Program-made: the position numbers and the translations under genes
Part shown: positions 1-8,527 of the stretch, piece by piece
Layout: every line of letters starts with the position of its first letter
Position numbering within the stretch: position 1 is the stretch's first letter
Assembly (NCBI GenBank): GCA_043750125.1
Contig: JAYVCD010000014.1
Location: 1 to 43,265, forward strand
Direction: 5' to 3'
From: Archangiaceae bacterium
GTDB taxonomy: Bacteria > Myxococcota > Myxococcia > Myxococcales > Myxococcaceae
Length of the DNA stretch: 43,265 bases
The notes under the pieces: generated by a model
Databases searched by the model: none
What the model was told of the DNA's origin: nothing
What the model saw: only the letters and a program-made list of their open reading frames with translations

Positions 1-305
1 TTGTCGCCCAGGTCCTCGACGTGGCGAAGAATGGTGCTGAAGTCAGCGCGCTTCATCGGGTCGGGCGCAAAGCTCCCAATCCACACTTTGCCTTTGAGCT
101 GCTCGGCGCCGAAGGTGCCGCCGTCGGCCAACTGCAGTTGCCACGCTCCCAGCGAAGGGCCGGGCGGAGGAGCCTTGAGAAAGCGCCGCTGCATGAACGG
201 CAGGACGGTGAGAAAAAACGCGCCGACCACGAACGCAATCACGAACGGATTTCGCCACAGCGGCATCTTCGCCGCGGGCACCCCTTCGGGCGTGGGCTCG
301 TTCAC
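1..305 (-). CDS. SCO/thioredoxin-fold-like membrane-anchored protein, 3' end outside the window; CxxxC motif not seen
   Basis: Manual translation from GTG 305 (GTGA overlap with the upstream stop): MNEPTPEG...WRNPFVIAFVVGAFFLTVLPFMQRR...GGTFGAEQLKGKVWIGSF. N-terminal TM helix plus the 'LKGKVW' segment typical of SCO proteins, downstream in a cox operon. Not in the ORF track. Confidence 0.55.
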   Translation of the reverse strand, partial: MNEPTPEGVPAAKMPLWRNPFVIAFVVGAFFLTVLPFMQRRFLKAPPPGPSLGAWQLQLADGGTFGAEQLKGKVWIGSFAPDPMKRADFSTILRHVEDLGD

Positions 306-526
306 TTCGCCGAAGGCAGGGTCAAGGGCACGCGCTGACGCTCGGCCCGGCGCACCCGAACGACGATGAAGCCGACAATGCTGCCCATCGTCGCCAGGGG
401 CAGCAGCGACATCACGATCGTCATCGCCTGGTAGGTGCCCTTGGTATCGGTCGCGGCCCCACAGACGGGGCACGCCAACGCGGCAGCAGAAATGAACAGT
501 ACGGCCAGGAACGCCAGAGCACGCAT
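302..526 (-). CDS. Small oxidase-operon protein (74 aa): signal peptide, CxxC, one TM helix
   Basis: C-terminal part of ORF 302..889 from ATG 526: MRALAFLAVLFISAAALACPVCG...TM. The start overlaps the upstream stop (TGATG) and the stop overlaps the next start. Confidence 0.75.
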   Translation of the reverse strand: MRALAFLAVLFISAAALACPVCGAATDTKGTYQAMTIVMSLLPLATMGSIVGFIVVRVRRAERQRVPLTLPSAK

Positions 527-1119
527 CAGAAGTACACCCGCGCGTAGATGACCGGCCACATGCCGACCACGAAGTACCAGAACGCCTGAGTCGTATAGAA
601 GACGTTCGGCGACAGCGTCCCTTTGCGCAGCTTGATCAGCGCGTAGGTCAGCAGTCCGATCGCCACCAGCGCGTGCGCGGCATGGGTGCCGATGATCAAA
701 TAGAAGAACGAGCCCAGGGTGCTCGAGGTCATCGTCAACCCCTGGCTCAGCAAGCTCAGCCATTCCATTCCCTGCAGCACCACGAAGGTCAGCCCGAGCG
801 CCAGGCACAGGGTCAGCGCCAGAATTCCGCCCCGGCTCTTGCTCTTCTGGTAACCCCGGTGGGCGAAGAACAAAGCGATTCCACTGCAAACCAGCGCGGC
901 GGTATTCAGCGCGGTCGCCGAGGCGGGCAGCATCGGCTGGCCCGGAGGCGGCCAGGACATCGGAATGTTCGAGGCCCGCACGATGGTGAAGGCGCTCAGC
1001 ATTCCGGCGAAAAACATGATCTCGGCGGTGATGAAGATCAGCATCCCCATCACCCCGTTGGGCAGCAGCTGCTCGCGCCGAAGGTACCGCGGGGGCTCTG
1101 AGGGAATTGTTCCGTCCAT
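526..1119 (-). CDS. Heme-copper oxidase subunit III family protein (second copy)
   Basis: GMLIFITAEIMFF, LNTAALVCSG, FFYLIIGTHAAH and FWYFVVGMW match the 5-TM COX3/CyoC pattern. Confidence 0.9.
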   Translation of the reverse strand: MDGTIPSEPPRYLRREQLLPNGVMGMLIFITAEIMFFAGMLSAFTIVRASNIPMSWPPPGQPMLPASATALNTAALVCSGIALFFAHRGYQKSKSRGGILALTLCLALGLTFVVLQGMEWLSLLSQGLTMTSSTLGSFFYLIIGTHAAHALVAIGLLTYALIKLRKGTLSPNVFYTTQAFWYFVVGMWPVIYARVYF

Positions 1120-1129
1120 CGCGTCTTCC

Positions 1130-1609
1130 TTACGGGTGCATCCCGGCGTTGTGCTCGTCGGTGCCGTGCTCTTCGCCCACGGCCGCTGGGTGCTCGGCGT
1201 GGTGCGCGCCGGGATGCAGCAGCATTCCGCGCTTGATCGATTCTTTGGCCGCGGTGTTTTCCCAGCGTGCGCCCTCGTGCTTCATCACGTCGGGAGACAT
1301 CGCGGCGACCATCAAACACATCAGCGCCAGCATCGTTCCCAACATGTAGGGGACGATCTTCTTCTCGTGGTTCAGGTGCATGAACCGGGTCGCCACCAGG
1401 TACGCCTTGACGAACGCGATTCCGAAAGCGGTGGCCATCGTCAGCGCCCGGATTTCCAGCATCGGGCCCAGCACGCTGATCAACAGCAACCCACAGAGGA
1501 TCGCCCAGATCTTCACGTAGTTGGTGTGGTGATGCGCAGCCGGCGGCGCGCCCGGCCCGGCCGGGTGTGGCAACGGCGGAGGATGTGCCGCAGCGTGTTC
1601 AGCAGCCAT
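1130..1609 (-). CDS. ctaF: Cytochrome c oxidase subunit IV family protein
   Basis: YVKIWAILCGLL...IAFVKAYLVATRFMHL (KA.LV...FMHL motif of prokaryotic subunit IV); His-rich termini. Confidence 0.85.
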   Translation of the reverse strand: MAAEHAAAHPPPLPHPAGPGAPPAAHHHTNYVKIWAILCGLLLISVLGPMLEIRALTMATAFGIAFVKAYLVATRFMHLNHEKKIVPYMLGTMLALMCLMVAAMSPDVMKHEGARWENTAAKESIKRGMLLHPGAHHAEHPAAVGEEHGTDEHNAGMHP

Positions 1610-1618
1610 GGGGCTCCT

Positions 1619-2194
1619 TCACTTCGCGATGTAGAGCAACGGGAACAGGAAAATCCAGACCAGGTCGACGAAGTGCCAGTAGATGCCGATGTTCTCGACC
1701 CGCTGCAGCTCTTTGTTCTTCTTCGCATCGGCGGCGACGAACAGCATGATGATCATCCCGGCGATGACGTGCAGCCCGTGCAGCCCCGCGGCGGTGTAAT
1801 AGAACGACCAGAAGGTATTCGAGGTGATCGTCATCCCGTGCTTGATTTCGGTCGTCCACTCGATCGATTTGACGACCAGAAAAATCAGCCCGCCCAGACA
1901 GGTCAGGTAGAGGAAGTTCGCCGCCTTCTTCCCCTCGCCCTTCTCTGCCGCCTGGTGCCCCATCACAGCCATCAGGCTGGAAGTCAGCAGTACCAGGGTG
2001 TTGAAGGCCCCAGCCCAGGTGTTGGTGTTGGTCGCCTGGTTCGCCCAGTCGGGGTGCCCGAGCCGGTGCATCACGTAGCCCCCGAGCAGGCCTCCGAAGA
2101 TCACGATTTCAGAGGCGATGATCCACCAGACGGCAAGCCTGCCCGTGGGAACTCCGGTCGCGCTGCGCGTCGTTGCGATGGGTCGGGTGCTCAT
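1619..2194 (-). CDS. ctaE: Cytochrome c oxidase subunit III
   Basis: WWIIASEIVIFGG, NTLVLLTSS, YYTAAGLHGLHV, YWHFVDLVWIFLFPLLY. Likely ATG at 2194, right after the subunit I stop. Confidence 0.93.
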   Translation of the reverse strand: MSTRPIATTRSATGVPTGRLAVWWIIASEIVIFGGLLGGYVMHRLGHPDWANQATNTNTWAGAFNTLVLLTSSLMAVMGHQAAEKGEGKKAANFLYLTCLGGLIFLVVKSIEWTTEIKHGMTITSNTFWSFYYTAAGLHGLHVIAGMIIMLFVAADAKKNKELQRVENIGIYWHFVDLVWIFLFPLLYIAK

Positions 2195-2196
2195 AA

Positions 2197-3903
2197 TCAG
2201 CTCGGAAGGTGCTGCGGCCAATGGTCGTCTTCACGGTCCGGAACGCTGTACTCGTACGGCCCGCGGTAGACGGTGGGCAGCACCGGGAAGTTGCCGTGCG
2301 GGGGAGGCGAGGCCGCGTGCCACTCGAGGGTGTTCGCGCGCCACGGGTTGGGGCCGACCTTCGGGCCCCTGAACATCGAGTAGAAGTAATTGACCAGGAA
2401 GACCACCTGGAACGCGAGCATCAGCACCAGCGAGAGCGTGGCCAGGATGCGCAGGTCCTGCATTCCGGACTTCATCAGGTCGGGGAAGTGGGTGTAGTCG
2501 AAGATTCGGCGGTGGTCGCCGCGCGCGCCGGTGATGAACAGCGGAATGAAGATGAAGTTGAAGCTCACCACCGTGCCCCAGAAGTGGACCTTGCCCCAGG
2601 TCTCGTTCATCGAACGGCCGAACATCTTCGGGAACCAGTACGTGACTCCGGCGAACACCGCGATGATCGCGATCGGGACGAACGTGTAGTGGAAGTGGGC
2701 GAGCACGAAGTACGTGTCGTGGAAGTAGATGTCGGCTGCAGACGCGCCGAGGAAGATGCCGGTCACGCCGCCGATCAAGAACTCAGAGATGAACGCCAGC
2801 GCCCACAGCATCGGGACCGCAAGGCGAATCGAGCCGCCGTAGAGCGTCGCGATGTAGACGAACATCATCTCGGCCACCGGAATCGAAATCAGCAGCGTGG
2901 TGACGCCGAAGATGTTCGCCATGCGGGGGTCGATGCCGGCGATGAACTGGTGGTGGGCCCAGACGAAGAAGCTGAGCACTCCGGTGCCGAGCGCGGTGTA
3001 GAGCACCGTCTTGTACGCGAAGAGCTTCTTGCGCGAGAAGACGGTGATGATTTCCGCGACGATTCCGACCGCGGGCAGCATCACCACGTAGACCTCGGGG
3101 TGCCCGAAGAACCAGAACAGGTGCTGCCACAAAATCGGGTCTCCGCCGCGAACCGGGTCGTAGAACCCGGTGCCGATGGTCTGATCGAACAACAGCATCA
3201 CCGCCCCGGCGACCAGTGGGCCCACCGACGCCATGAAGAGGATGCTGGCGATGACGATCATCCAGACCACGATCGGCACGTCGAACATCTTCATTCCCGG
3301 CGCCCGCGAATTCATCATCGTGGTGACGAAGTTGATTCCGCCCAGCAGGAAGGCGACGAATTCCACCGCCACCGCCAGCAACCACAGCGGCGCCCCGTGC
3401 GGAGTCAGGTTGTAGTCGGCGCGCGCGGACAGCGGAGGATACGAAGTCCAGGCTCCCCCAAAGGCGCCACCTTCGACGAAGAACGAGAAGATCAGGATCA
3501 ACGCGCTGAGCAGGAACAGCTGGTACGACAACCGATTGATCCGCGGGAACACCATGTCGTCGCAGCCGATCATCAGCGGAATGAGGTAGTTGCCGAACGC
3601 GGCGATCAACACCGGCATCGCGACCCAGAAGATCATCACCGACCCGTGGGTGGTCACCAACGAGTTGTAGTCGTGGGCGCTGACCCGACCCCAGCCGGGA
3701 ACGCTGAGCCCGGGGAACGCCTGCTGCATCCGAAAGACGTAGACGGTGAAGCCGCCGATCAACGCCATCGCCATTCCGGTGAACAGGTACTGGAAGCCGA
3801 TGATCTTGTGGTCGGTGCTGAAGAGATACTTCTTGAAGAAGCTCTCTTCGACGTGGTGCGCGACTTCGTGCGCGCCCTGCGTCTCGGTGGTAGGTGCTGT
3901 CAT
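2197..3903 (-). CDS. ctaD: Heme-copper oxidase subunit I, A1-type motif
   Basis: TDHKIIG, heme-ligand His (TTHG), DMVFPRIN, WTSYPPL, GHPEVY, WAHH, HDT, AHFHY and an RR pair. ATG 3903 overlaps the subunit II stop. Confidence 0.97.
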   Translation of the reverse strand: MTAPTTETQGAHEVAHHVEESFFKKYLFSTDHKIIGFQYLFTGMAMALIGGFTVYVFRMQQAFPGLSVPGWGRVSAHDYNSLVTTHGSVMIFWVAMPVLIAAFGNYLIPLMIGCDDMVFPRINRLSYQLFLLSALILIFSFFVEGGAFGGAWTSYPPLSARADYNLTPHGAPLWLLAVAVEFVAFLLGGINFVTTMMNSRAPGMKMFDVPIVVWMIVIASILFMASVGPLVAGAVMLLFDQTIGTGFYDPVRGGDPILWQHLFWFFGHPEVYVVMLPAVGIVAEIITVFSRKKLFAYKTVLYTALGTGVLSFFVWAHHQFIAGIDPRMANIFGVTTLLISIPVAEMMFVYIATLYGGSIRLAVPMLWALAFISEFLIGGVTGIFLGASAADIYFHDTYFVLAHFHYTFVPIAIIAVFAGVTYWFPKMFGRSMNETWGKVHFWGTVVSFNFIFIPLFITGARGDHRRIFDYTHFPDLMKSGMQDLRILATLSLVLMLAFQVVFLVNYFYSMFRGPKVGPNPWRANTLEWHAASPPPHGNFPVLPTVYRGPYEYSVPDREDDHWPQHLPS

Positions 3904-4595
3904 GGAGTGACTCCGCTGGGCGCGACGGCGAGCGGCGCGTGGGTCTTGACCCACTCAGCGTGCACGTCAGGGTTCGTGATGATGATGCGGGCGCCCATGA
4001 TCGCGTGGCCGATGCCACAGATCTCAGCGCACTGAATGTCGAAGCCGCCGGTGAGGATCGGTTTGAACCAGCCCTTGATGGTGCGCCCGGGCACGGCGTC
4101 CTGCTTGAGGCGGAACACCGGCACCGAGAAGTCGTGCAAGGTGTCGCGGGACTGCAGCTCGAACTCGTAGGTCTTGTTCACTTCGACGTGAAGCTCGTCG
4201 ACGGTGCGAATGTCGTCGGCGGTGTCGAGCTTCCCGTCGGGCCCGGCGTGCACGAAGGTCCACGCCCACTGCTGCGCGATGATCCGCACAGTCTCGTCCA
4301 CATGCGGCGTGGTCTGCTTGACGTCCACCCACACCCGGATCGCCGCGAAGATGATCAAGATGTCGAAGACCAGCACCGCGTAGTGCGGAATCGAGACCCA
4401 CCGCTTCTCTTTCCAGTCTTCGCCGGCGACGTACTGCGCCTTCACGCCTTCCTTCTCGCTGAACACCAGCACGAACCCGAAGAGCAGGGCCTGCGCGATG
4501 AGGAAGAAGAAGCCGGTGATCACCATGACCAGAAGGATCAGGTTGTCGATGTCCGCTGCGTAACTCGATGCCTGCTCGACGTAGTGCTGGATCAC
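3900..4595 (-). CDS. ctaC: Cytochrome c oxidase subunit II (CuA)
   Basis: Two TM helices, AQQWAW, DTLH and the CuA motif CAEICGIGHAIM. Confidence 0.96.
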   Translation of the reverse strand: MIQHYVEQASSYAADIDNLILLVMVITGFFFLIAQALLFGFVLVFSEKEGVKAQYVAGEDWKEKRWVSIPHYAVLVFDILIIFAAIRVWVDVKQTTPHVDETVRIIAQQWAWTFVHAGPDGKLDTADDIRTVDELHVEVNKTYEFELQSRDTLHDFSVPVFRLKQDAVPGRTIKGWFKPILTGGFDIQCAEICGIGHAIMGARIIITNPDVHAEWVKTHAPLAVAPSGVTP

Positions 4596-4610
4596 GTTCT
4601 TGGCGCCTCG

Positions 4611-4718
4611 CTACCAGACCAGGATGCCGACGGCCGCGATGAACGCGACCGCTCCGGCGACGGTCAGAGAAAAAATTGTCCAGGAAAGGCTTTCAGGGGT
4701 GATGGATTTTTTGGACAT
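4611..4718 (-). CDS. 35-aa single-TM peptide inside the oxidase operon
   Basis: ATG 4718 to TAG 4611: MSKKSITPESLSWTIFSLTVAGAVAFIAAVGILVW. It fills the gap between the cytochrome c gene and subunit II. Below the ORF-track size cutoff. Confidence 0.7.
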   Translation of the reverse strand: MSKKSITPESLSWTIFSLTVAGAVAFIAAVGILVW

Positions 4719-4721
4719 GGC

Positions 4722-5390
4722 TTAGTGGCCCGAGAGGGTGCCGATGTGGGAAATCACGTTCTTCATCGCCTGCTCGTCGACGAGCGTGGCGGCCATCGGG
4801 CGCATCTGCGAGCCGGTAATGTCGCCGGGAGCAGCGCCGCGAACGCCGCTCTTGAACTTCTTCAGCGAGCTCAACAGGTACCAATCGGCCTGGCCGGCAA
4901 TCGGAGGCGCCTTCAGCTGCTCGTTCCCCATTCCGGTCGGGCCATGGCAGGCGGCGCAGACCGCGTAGGAGCCTTGACCGAGGCTTGCGTTTCCACCGGT
5001 GAGCGTGGGCGCCGAGCGGACCGCGGGCATCGCGGCGACATACGCCGACACGGTCTTGACCTCGAAATCACTGGCCATCTGCCGGGACATCGGGCGCATT
5101 CGCAGCCCTTCCGCGTCATCGGGGTGAGCGCCGCGAAGTCCGGTTCGGAACTTTCGCACCGTCGATTCGACGTACCACAGGGGCAGCCCGGCGATGGCCG
5201 GCGCGGCGACGTACGCCTGCCCTTCCCCGTGGTTTCCGTGGCAGGCCTTGCAGGACTCGTAGAGGTCGTGGCCGCCCTGCGGGGTGTGCGCCGCCGCAGA
5301 GGGACAGCCGGTCAACAGCGCGCCGCCGGCCAGCAGAACGACCGGGGCCAGCACTGCGCGCCAGGATGAGAATCGAGATGTGACGTTCAT
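4722..5390 (-). CDS. Diheme cytochrome c (c4-like), probable lipoprotein
   Basis: Two CxxCH motifs (CKACH, CAACH), each followed by P.IAG and a MRPM axial-Met segment; lipobox-like LLTGC. Confidence 0.92.
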   Translation of the reverse strand: MNVTSRFSSWRAVLAPVVLLAGGALLTGCPSAAAHTPQGGHDLYESCKACHGNHGEGQAYVAAPAIAGLPLWYVESTVRKFRTGLRGAHPDDAEGLRMRPMSRQMASDFEVKTVSAYVAAMPAVRSAPTLTGGNASLGQGSYAVCAACHGPTGMGNEQLKAPPIAGQADWYLLSSLKKFKSGVRGAAPGDITGSQMRPMAATLVDEQAMKNVISHIGTLSGH

Positions 5391-5562
5391 TCGGTGCGCT
5401 CCGCTGCTCGCGCGTCGGTCCGGGTGAGCCCCGGCCCATGGAAAAGTTGGCGTCGTTTTACACACCGCTCCGATGGAGCCAAGGAATTTTCTGAAGCCCG
5501 CCCTTCGACTGGGCGTCGAGGAGGTAAGCGTTGCTAATCATCAGCGGCTAAACTTCGCGCCC

Positions 5563-6006
5563 GTGCTTTCCCTGCTCGTCACTTTTGCGTTCGCCCAGCT
5601 GGCTTCTTCCCGGGTGGTGGTGGTCGACGTCTCGGCGCCCGACGCGGTCTACGAAGACATCTCGCGCGCCCTGGCCGAGCAGGTGGTTGCCGAGCTGCGC
5701 GCCGCCGGGCTCGAGGTGATGCGCATCGACGAGAACGAGCTGCCGGAAGACGGCTGCCGGCTGGGCCCTTGCCTCGGCACGGTGGCCAAGGCCCGGCACG
5801 CGAAGGTGGTCGTCATTCTCGATGCGGTCGAGCTCGACAAAAAGGGGAAGACCCAGGTGTCCGTCGCCGCGATGGCCGGCCGCGATGGAATGCCGATCAG
5901 CGCCAAGCGGTACGTGGTCAAAGCACCCGGGAAGCCCGCAGCCGAGCTGAAGGCGTTCGCCAAAGATTTGGCCCGGAGGCTGACGCCCGTCGACGCGGGG
6001 AAGTAG
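5563..6006 (+). CDS. Hypothetical secreted protein
   Basis: Hydrophobic N-terminus (VLSLLVTFAFAQ) and an alpha/beta-like domain with C...C. Start uncertain; the ORF extends to 5473. Confidence 0.65.
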   Translation: MLSLLVTFAFAQLASSRVVVVDVSAPDAVYEDISRALAEQVVAELRAAGLEVMRIDENELPEDGCRLGPCLGTVAKARHAKVVVILDAVELDKKGKTQVSVAAMAGRDGMPISAKRYVVKAPGKPAAELKAFAKDLARRLTPVDAGK

Positions 6007-6059
6007 CCGGCACCGTTCATGCTGTTTGCCTCTTCAAGTCGCAATGCCTGGAGGCAACC

Positions 6060-6329
6060 ATGTTCGAGTCTGCTGATTTCAAGTCCCGTTTCGCCACACC
6101 GTTGCGTTTTGCACCCACACTCAAGACTCTTTCCTTGACCCAAGTGCTCGCCGCGCTGGGCCTGGTCGCGGTGGGCATCGGTCTGGGCGCCGGCCTGGCT
6201 CCCGTCATTCGTCGGTGGAATGAAGAGCGGGGAATGAAGCCTCGCCGCAGCGCCCCGATACAGGAAATTGACCGCTGGGCGAATGAAGGCGGAGCCGTCG
6301 TCGCGCCCGCATTTCAGAAGCTGACCTGA
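6060..6329 (+). CDS. Small hypothetical membrane protein with C-terminal WANEGG motif
   Basis: GGAGG at 6049-6053 before ATG 6060; one TM helix; 89 aa. Confidence 0.65.
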   Translation: MFESADFKSRFATPLRFAPTLKTLSLTQVLAALGLVAVGIGLGAGLAPVIRRWNEERGMKPRRSAPIQEIDRWANEGGAVVAPAFQKLT

Positions 6330-6333
6330 ACCG

Positions 6334-7209
6334 CTATTTGCCCAAGACCAGCGCGAGCAGGATGACCAGCGCGACCGTGATCACCAGGACGATGATTCCC
6401 CCGGTCGCCATCAGCAGGTCCTTCTTTTTCCTTTCATCCACCGGCCCGTCTGCACCCGCGAACATGTGGAGCACATTCCACACCATGTTCCGGCCGAGCA
6501 CCTTGTCCGATCGATCTTTCTTGATCGGCTCTTCGACCTTTCCATGCAGGTCGAGGTTTGGAGGTTGAAGGTGCGGTTGGGCGACCAGCGGCGGCTCTCC
6601 CCGCTTCACCTCATTGGCCAGCATCGCCTCGGGACGTGAAGCCCAGGTCGGCGCGTCGAAGCTCATGTTCTGGGTGAGCGCGACCGCCTGCTCGGGAGTC
6701 GCAGCGCTGAGCAGTTGCTTCGCCACTTCAAGGCCGCTCTTGCCGGTCGTGAGCTCGACGACTTGAGCCAGCCCCGCGTGGCTCATTCGCGCCAGCAGCC
6801 TGGCCTCGAGCTCCACCCGGAGACCAGCAGGCAGTGCTGCTCCCGCGGCAAGCTCAGAGAGCTTGGAGGCGTAGGGGACGAGGAACTCGACCAGCCGGGT
6901 CGCCTTTTGCTGGCGCGTCATCGAGAGCAGGGAAATGAGCTCGGGCAGGTGAATCGCCAGGTCCGCGTTCAAGCGATCGGGCAGCGCGTTCGCGTCGGCG
7001 ACAGGCCCCAGGTCCGAGGACAGCTGACCGGGCGTTCGCACCGCGTCGCGCCCACTGAGCTGAGTCGCAAACTTGCTCGACGCCCCGAAACGATCTGCGG
7101 GCAGCGACGGCGCGGTGCCCGTCGGCCGCGTGGGCTGAAGCGTCGGAGCAGTTCCCGTCGTCCCCGTCGGGCCGATGATCGACGGAGGAAGCTTGATCGG
7201 ACCGGGCAC
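6334..7209 (-). CDS. Hypothetical protein with C-terminal TM anchor
   Basis: Long ORF with a Pro/Thr-rich N-terminus (probable GTG 7209) and a hydrophobic C-terminal helix. Confidence 0.65.
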   Translation of the reverse strand: MPGPIKLPPSIIGPTGTTGTAPTLQPTRPTGTAPSLPADRFGASSKFATQLSGRDAVRTPGQLSSDLGPVADANALPDRLNADLAIHLPELISLLSMTRQQKATRLVEFLVPYASKLSELAAGAALPAGLRVELEARLLARMSHAGLAQVVELTTGKSGLEVAKQLLSAATPEQAVALTQNMSFDAPTWASRPEAMLANEVKRGEPPLVAQPHLQPPNLDLHGKVEEPIKKDRSDKVLGRNMVWNVLHMFAGADGPVDERKKKDLLMATGGIIVLVITVALVILLALVLGK

Positions 7210-7291
7210 GCTTTGATTGTCGCCTGTGTCCCGGAGGTTGTTGCAAGTAACCTCCCGAAGCTCAGAGGCGTATTTGTGTCCTTTGGAGGGA

Positions 7292-8386
7292 TTGCATCTG
7301 GAGCTCACTCTTCAACAGCTCAACCGCGCCACGCTCGCCCGCCAGTTTCTGCTCGCGCGTGAGAAGACGACGGCGTTGAAGGCGATCGAACGGTTGGTTG
7401 CGATGCAGGCGCAGATCCCCCGGCCCCCGTTCATCGGGTTGTGGTCGCGGCTCGTCGGCTTTGAACGACGCCAGCTCGCCCAGCTGCTCGAGCGGCGCGA
7501 AGTGGTGCGCGCAACCACCCTGCGCGGAACCCTTCACCTCTGGAGCGCGAAGGACTTCCTCGCCTTCCGGGCGATCTTTTCTTCGATGCTCGAGAAGAGC
7601 ATCACCCTGGTGCTGCGAGATCGCGCGAAGGGCCTCGACGTCCAGCGGGTGTGCGATCAGGCCCGCAGCTTTCTCGAAGCAGGCCCACGCACCTTCAATC
7701 AGATTCGGGCCCACCTGGTCGTCCTCAACTCCAAAGTCGACGACCGGGCGATGGGGCTGGCGGTGCGCTGCGCTCTGCAGTTGGTGCAGGTGCCGATCGA
7801 TGCGCCCTGGAGCTTTCCCGCCGACGCTCAATTTTCTCTGGCTGCGTCCTGGCTCGGCAAGCCCACCGCGAAAGATCCAGATCCTCGCCCCCTGGTGCTG
7901 CGGTACCTCGCCGCGTTCGGACCCGCGAGCGTCGCCGACATGCAGAGCTGGTCCGGACTCAAGGGCCTCGAGGACGCTTTTGAAGGGTTGCGGCCGAAGT
8001 TGAAGATGTTCTGCGACCCGCGCGGGCGTGAGCTGTTTGATCTTCCCAAAGCCGCGCGCCCCGACGCCGAGACTCCCGCGCCAGTCCGTTTTCTGCCTGA
8101 CTTCGACAACCTCGTGCTCGGCCACGCCGACCGAAGTCGGATCATTGCCGATGCGCACCGCCCGTTGATTGCCACGAAGAACCTGCTCGTCCCGCCCACG
8201 TTTCTCATCGACGGCTTCGTCGCCGGCACCTGGAGAATCGATCGCGCCCGGACTTCTGCGACCTTGACCCTCAAGCCGTTCGAGCCGCCCGCGAAGGCGA
8301 CGCGCGCAGAGCTTTTGATCGAAGCGGCCGCGCTGCTGAAGTTCGTCGAGCCCGAGGCTGCCAGGCAGCTCGTTGCTTTCGGGTAG
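7292..8386 (+). CDS. AlkZ-like (HTH_42 winged-helix) DNA glycosylase family protein
   Basis: LNRATLARQ, catalytic-type QxQ motif (MQAQ, 7403-7414), RATTLRGTLH, YLAAFGPAS, FLPDFDNLVLGH, LIDGFVAGTW. GGAGG at 7285; exact start uncertain. Confidence 0.88.
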   Translation: MHLELTLQQLNRATLARQFLLAREKTTALKAIERLVAMQAQIPRPPFIGLWSRLVGFERRQLAQLLERREVVRATTLRGTLHLWSAKDFLAFRAIFSSMLEKSITLVLRDRAKGLDVQRVCDQARSFLEAGPRTFNQIRAHLVVLNSKVDDRAMGLAVRCALQLVQVPIDAPWSFPADAQFSLAASWLGKPTAKDPDPRPLVLRYLAAFGPASVADMQSWSGLKGLEDAFEGLRPKLKMFCDPRGRELFDLPKAARPDAETPAPVRFLPDFDNLVLGHADRSRIIADAHRPLIATKNLLVPPTFLIDGFVAGTWRIDRARTSATLTLKPFEPPAKATRAELLIEAAALLKFVEPEAARQLVAFG

Positions 8387-8527
8387 GCGCGGGTCTTCGG
8401 TTATCACCGCGATGAGTTTGATTGCTCCGGTCGGGTTCGGCGCTGACGGCGGCTACGCGTCGAAGGGGTGATCGTTGACCGTTGCGGATTCCGCTCCCCG
8501 GCGACCACACCCGCCCCAATCCGCACG

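Noticed and set aside
2209-4035. Long plus-strand ORFs opposite the cox genes (also 965..2269 and 3894..5369)
   Set aside because: Antisense shadows of GC-rich genes with no recognisable motifs.
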